In this document: piece after piece, positions 60,865 through 64,000 of the stretch
Position numbering within the stretch: the stretch's first letter is position 1
Layout of the letters: the number at the start of each line of letters is the position of its first letter
Assembly: GCA_046262455.1 (NCBI GenBank)
Contig: JBHEMS010000021.1
Span: forward strand, 38,429-102,428
Length of the DNA: 64,000 nt
Direction of reading: 5' to 3'
DNA from: Candidatus Dormibacteria bacterium
Lineage (GTDB): Bacteria; Chloroflexota; Dormibacteria; DASZGP01
Made by a program: the position numbers and the translations under genes
Notes under the pieces: model-generated
Told to the model about the DNA's origin: nothing
Seen by the model: the letters and a program-made list of their open reading frames with translations, nothing else
The model's database searches: none

Positions 60865-63696
60865 CTAGGTGTCGACCGGCAGCGGCGTCATCTCGTCCCA
60901 GTTGTGGCCGACCTTGACCTCCACACCGAGAGGCACGCGCATCTCGTATGCGTCCCGCATCTCCCGCTTGATGACCACCGCAAGGTTGTCCAGCTCCGCG
61001 GGGAGAACGTCGAAGACGAGTTCGTCGTGGACCTGCAGGACCATCTGCGAGTGCATCCCCGCCTCCCGCATCCGGCGCCGAATGGCGACCATCGCGACCT
61101 TCATGATGTCGGCGTTGGAGCCCTGGAAGGGCATGTTGATGGCCATCCGTTCGGCCGCCGATCGCAGCATCGGGTTGGCGGCACGCAGGTCCTGCAGGTA
61201 GCGGCGCCGTCCCAGCAATGTCTCGACGTAGCCGGTTCGGTAGGCGTCAGCTTTGATCGACTCCAAAAAGGTGCGGACACTGGCGAAGCGGCCGAAGTAC
61301 GCGGCGATGAATTGTTTGGCCTCCTCGATGGGCATGCCAAGGTCTCGCTGCAGACCTGAGGCCGAGAGTCCGTACAGGACCCCGAAGTTCGCAACCTTCG
61401 CGGCGCGACGCTGGTCCGGCGTCACCTGTTCCAGCGGCACACTGAAGACGACCGACGCGGTCACCGCGTGGATGTCGTGTCCCTCGCGAAATGCCTGCAC
61501 CAGGGCCTCGTCCTGCGAGAGGTGGGCCAGGACCCTGAGCTCTATCTGGCTGTAGTCCGCGCTGACCAGCAGGTTGTCCGGCCGCGGGATGAAGGCCCGC
61601 CGGATGCGTCGCCCCAGCTCCGTGCGGATGGGAATGTTCTGCAGGTTGGGATCGCTGCTAGAGAGACGACCGGTGGCCGCCACCGTCTGGTTGAAGCTGG
61701 TGTGGACGCGGCCGTCGGCCGGGTCGACCAGCAGGGGCAGGGCATCGATGTAGGTGGATTTGAGTTTGGTCAGCTGGCGGTACTCCAGCACCAGGGGGAC
61801 GACCACGTGCGCCTCGCGCAGCGACTCCAGCACGGTCGAGTCGGTGGAGACCTTTCCCGTAATGGTGCGGCGCCCGGAGGAAAGGCCGAGTTCGTCGAAC
61901 AGCAGCTTCTGCAACTGCAGCGGGGAGTTGACGTTGATGGCGTAGCCGGCGATCTCGTTGATCGAGGCCTCCACCGCCGCGATCCGCTCGCCAAGCTCCC
62001 CGGAAAGCCGGCCGAGGACCTCCACGTCGATCGCCACCCCAGCCAGCTCCATCTCGGCGAGGATCGGAGCCAGTGGCACCTCCACGTCGTGGTACAGGCG
62101 CGCCAGGCCGGCACGCTCCAACTCGGGCTCGAGGTGGGTCTTGAGCAGCGCCAGGGCCGCCGGTTCGGGGCCGAACAGGCGGGCGGCGGTCTCGGCGTCG
62201 ACCGTGCCGGGGGTCACCGCCTTGCGGCCGCTGCCGAGCACGTCGGAGATCGGTTGCAGGGTGCGCCCAAGCCACTGGTAGGCGAGCTCGGCGACGGGGG
62301 GCGTCTTGGCGCGCGAGTCCGCGAGGTAGGCCGCCAGTGAAACGTCGAACCCACGCGGGGGCGGGAACCCCCGGGGCCCAAGCGCGAGCTCGACCTGCTT
62401 GAGGGAGTAGCTGGTCAGCTCGAGCGACTCCCAGCGCCGTCGCAGCGCCCCCAGCAGGTCATCCGCGGCCGCGGTGGGGACGCCTTCGGCAACGACCGGG
62501 ACGTATGCCGCGCGGTCCCCGTCCGCGGGCGCCAGGACCACTCCAACGACCGCGGAGCGCCGAGGTTGGGGGTCGTCGAGCACAACCGTAAAGGCCACTC
62601 CTCCCGGGCCCCACTCATCGAGCAGGGTCTCCAGCCGCGCGGCGTCGCCGACGACCTCGGTCGCCAGCTCCAGAGGCGCCTCCACCCCTCCCCCGGCGGT
62701 AACCGGGGCATCGAAGCTGAACGATCCCTGGCTGGAGCCCGCGGGTCCGGCCACCGTGGCACCGGCGGATGCCGACCCCTCCCGGTCCTCCGGGGTCTTC
62801 TTGTTGGTTCCAACGGGGCGGGGCAACCGCGGCATCAAGGTCCGGAAGTCGTACTCCTCGAAGAGGGTGCGGACACGCTGATCGTCGTAGTCCTTGAGAA
62901 CGATGGCCTCCGGGTCAAGCGTCACCGGTACGTCGCGGACGATCGTCGCGAGGCGCTTGGACAGGGGCAACTGCTCCGCGTTGGCCCGCAGCAACTCCTG
63001 GATACGCGGCGGCTTCACGGCGTCGAGGTGCTCAAGCAGGTTCTCCAGGCTGCCCCAGTCCTGGATCAGCTTGACCGCTGTCTTGTCGCCGATGCCCGGG
63101 ACCCCGGGGATGTTGTCGCTGACGTCGCCCTTCAGGGCCTTGAGGTCGGTCATCGCCTCCGGGCCGAGGCCTCCATAACGTGCTCGAACCTCGTCCACGC
63201 CGTAGCGGGTGAACTCCGAGATGCCTCGGCGCATCGCCAGCGCGCTGACCCGCGGCGACACCAGCTGCAGGGCGTCCAGATCCCCGGTCAGGATGTCGAC
63301 TGTCAAGCCCATCTCCTCGGCCTGCCTGGACAGCGCGCCGATGATGTCGTCCGCCTCGAATCCCTCCACCTGGTAGGTGGCGAAATTGAGCGATTCCACC
63401 ACCTCCCGGACGATCGGGAACTGGCCGACAAGATCGTCAGGCGCCTTCGGCCGCTGGGCCTTGTACTCCGAGTACTGGGCGTGTCGGAAGGTCTTGGACG
63501 GATGGTCGAAGGCCGCGGCCACGAGGTCGTGCCCAGGCAGGGCGTTCAGCAGCATGGAGGTGAACCCGAAGGCCGCGTTGGTCAGCCTTCCCCGGCGATC
63601 GGTGAGCGCCGGGAGGGCGAAGAAGGCACGGTAGATCAGCGAGTGGCTATCGACCAGCAGCAGCTTCTGTCCGGTCTTCGCCGAGTCCGGCGGCAT
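60865..63696 (-). CDS. polA: DNA polymerase I
   Basis: N-terminal 5'-3' exonuclease (KLLLVDSHSLIYRAFFALP...), central 3'-5' exonuclease-like domain, and a C-terminal polymerase domain with motifs A, B and C (...RRAAKVANFGVLYGLSASGL..., ...QVHDELVFD...). Start chosen at the ATG at 63696. A TTG at 63768 would add 24 residues. Confidence 0.92.
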   Translation of the reverse strand: MPPDSAKTGQKLLLVDSHSLIYRAFFALPALTDRRGRLTNAAFGFTSMLLNALPGHDLVAAAFDHPSKTFRHAQYSEYKAQRPKAPDDLVGQFPIVREVVESLNFATYQVEGFEADDIIGALSRQAEEMGLTVDILTGDLDALQLVSPRVSALAMRRGISEFTRYGVDEVRARYGGLGPEAMTDLKALKGDVSDNIPGVPGIGDKTAVKLIQDWGSLENLLEHLDAVKPPRIQELLRANAEQLPLSKRLATIVRDVPVTLDPEAIVLKDYDDQRVRTLFEEYDFRTLMPRLPRPVGTNKKTPEDREGSASAGATVAGPAGSSQGSFSFDAPVTAGGGVEAPLELATEVVGDAARLETLLDEWGPGGVAFTVVLDDPQPRRSAVVGVVLAPADGDRAAYVPVVAEGVPTAAADDLLGALRRRWESLELTSYSLKQVELALGPRGFPPPRGFDVSLAAYLADSRAKTPPVAELAYQWLGRTLQPISDVLGSGRKAVTPGTVDAETAARLFGPEPAALALLKTHLEPELERAGLARLYHDVEVPLAPILAEMELAGVAIDVEVLGRLSGELGERIAAVEASINEIAGYAINVNSPLQLQKLLFDELGLSSGRRTITGKVSTDSTVLESLREAHVVVPLVLEYRQLTKLKSTYIDALPLLVDPADGRVHTSFNQTVAATGRLSSSDPNLQNIPIRTELGRRIRRAFIPRPDNLLVSADYSQIELRVLAHLSQDEALVQAFREGHDIHAVTASVVFSVPLEQVTPDQRRAAKVANFGVLYGLSASGLQRDLGMPIEEAKQFIAAYFGRFASVRTFLESIKADAYRTGYVETLLGRRRYLQDLRAANPMLRSAAERMAINMPFQGSNADIMKVAMVAIRRRMREAGMHSQMVLQVHDELVFDVLPAELDNLAVVIKREMRDAYEMRVPLGVEVKVGHNWDEMTPLPVDT

Positions 63697-63785
63697 GGCT
63701 TCCGATTCTAATTCCGGGGCCGGAGCGCGCGGTCTATGATGCTTAGCGAGGTCGATTGAGGTTGGCAAAGCGCGGGTACACCGAG

Positions 63786-64000
63786 ATGCAGGTGGACAGC
63801 ATCAGGGTCCACATGCCAAGCGGCCAGCACGTCGTCATCCTCAAGGACGGCACGGCCGACCGCTACCTGCCGATCTGGATCGGCATCTACGAGGCCAACG
63901 CGATCGCCCTGAAGATCACCGGCATCACCCCCGAACGGCCGATCACCCACGACCTGATGACCAGCATCTTTGCCGAGTTGGGAGCCCGCATCACCAGCGT
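63786..64000 (+). CDS. Bifunctional nuclease (BFN/DUF151) family protein, N-terminal part (runs off window end)
   Basis: MQVDSIRVHMPSGQHVVILKDGTADRYLPIWIGIYEANAIALKITGITPERPITHDLMTSIFAELGARITS...: collinear with DUF151 family proteins. Divergent from polA. Confidence 0.65.
   Translation, partial: MQVDSIRVHMPSGQHVVILKDGTADRYLPIWIGIYEANAIALKITGITPERPITHDLMTSIFAELGARITS

Overview
This is a 64 kb window of a densely coding, high-GC (~70%) bacterial chromosome. Gene order (whiA-gap-pgk-tpi-secG, lgt, korAB, ilv/leu) most resembles a deep-branching actinobacterium. Almost every gene is on the minus strand, in long translationally coupled operons with many start/stop overlaps (ATGA, GTGA, TTGA). 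Main blocks: (1) a MoxR AAA+ ATPase / DUF58 / transglutaminase-like membrane protein operon. It continues without a break into a lipoprotein, a fused LivH/LivM-type ABC permease with no ATPase or binding protein, and an MFS transporter. (2) An operon for branched-chain amino acid biosynthesis: small ORF-ilvB-ilvN-ilvC-leuA-leuC-leuD-leuB-cimA, followed by FAH-family, Nudix-like, HD-domain and lipoprotein genes. It is preceded by a T-box riboswitch leader with a canonical T-box sequence and an intrinsic terminator. (3) An aromatic amino acid supraoperon: aminotransferase-trpE-trpG-trpC-trpF-trpB-trpA-aroH-aroG-tyrA-aroA, with no trpD. (4) A GGDEF/HD-GYP sensor, korAB (2-oxoglutarate:ferredoxin oxidoreductase), tRNA-Leu(CAG), an orphan family-5 substrate-binding protein, secG, a PLD-like lipoprotein, and tpi-pgk-gap-whiA. 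(5) A collinear DNA-repair block, polA-mutM-PAP2-GT87-like-uvrB-GT2-uvrA-uvrC, with glycolipid-type genes interleaved, plus a divergent lgt. I found no CRISPR array, insertion sequence, prophage or recognisable defence system. The most unusual items are the T-box leader with a coupled 64-aa upstream ORF, the apparently catalytically dead transglutaminase-like protein fused into a transporter operon, and the contiguous uvrB-uvrA-uvrC-polA-mutM arrangement. The ORF track reports GTG and TTG starts as M and often gives over-long N-termini; I corrected starts where conserved N-termini and upstream stop codons made the position clear.
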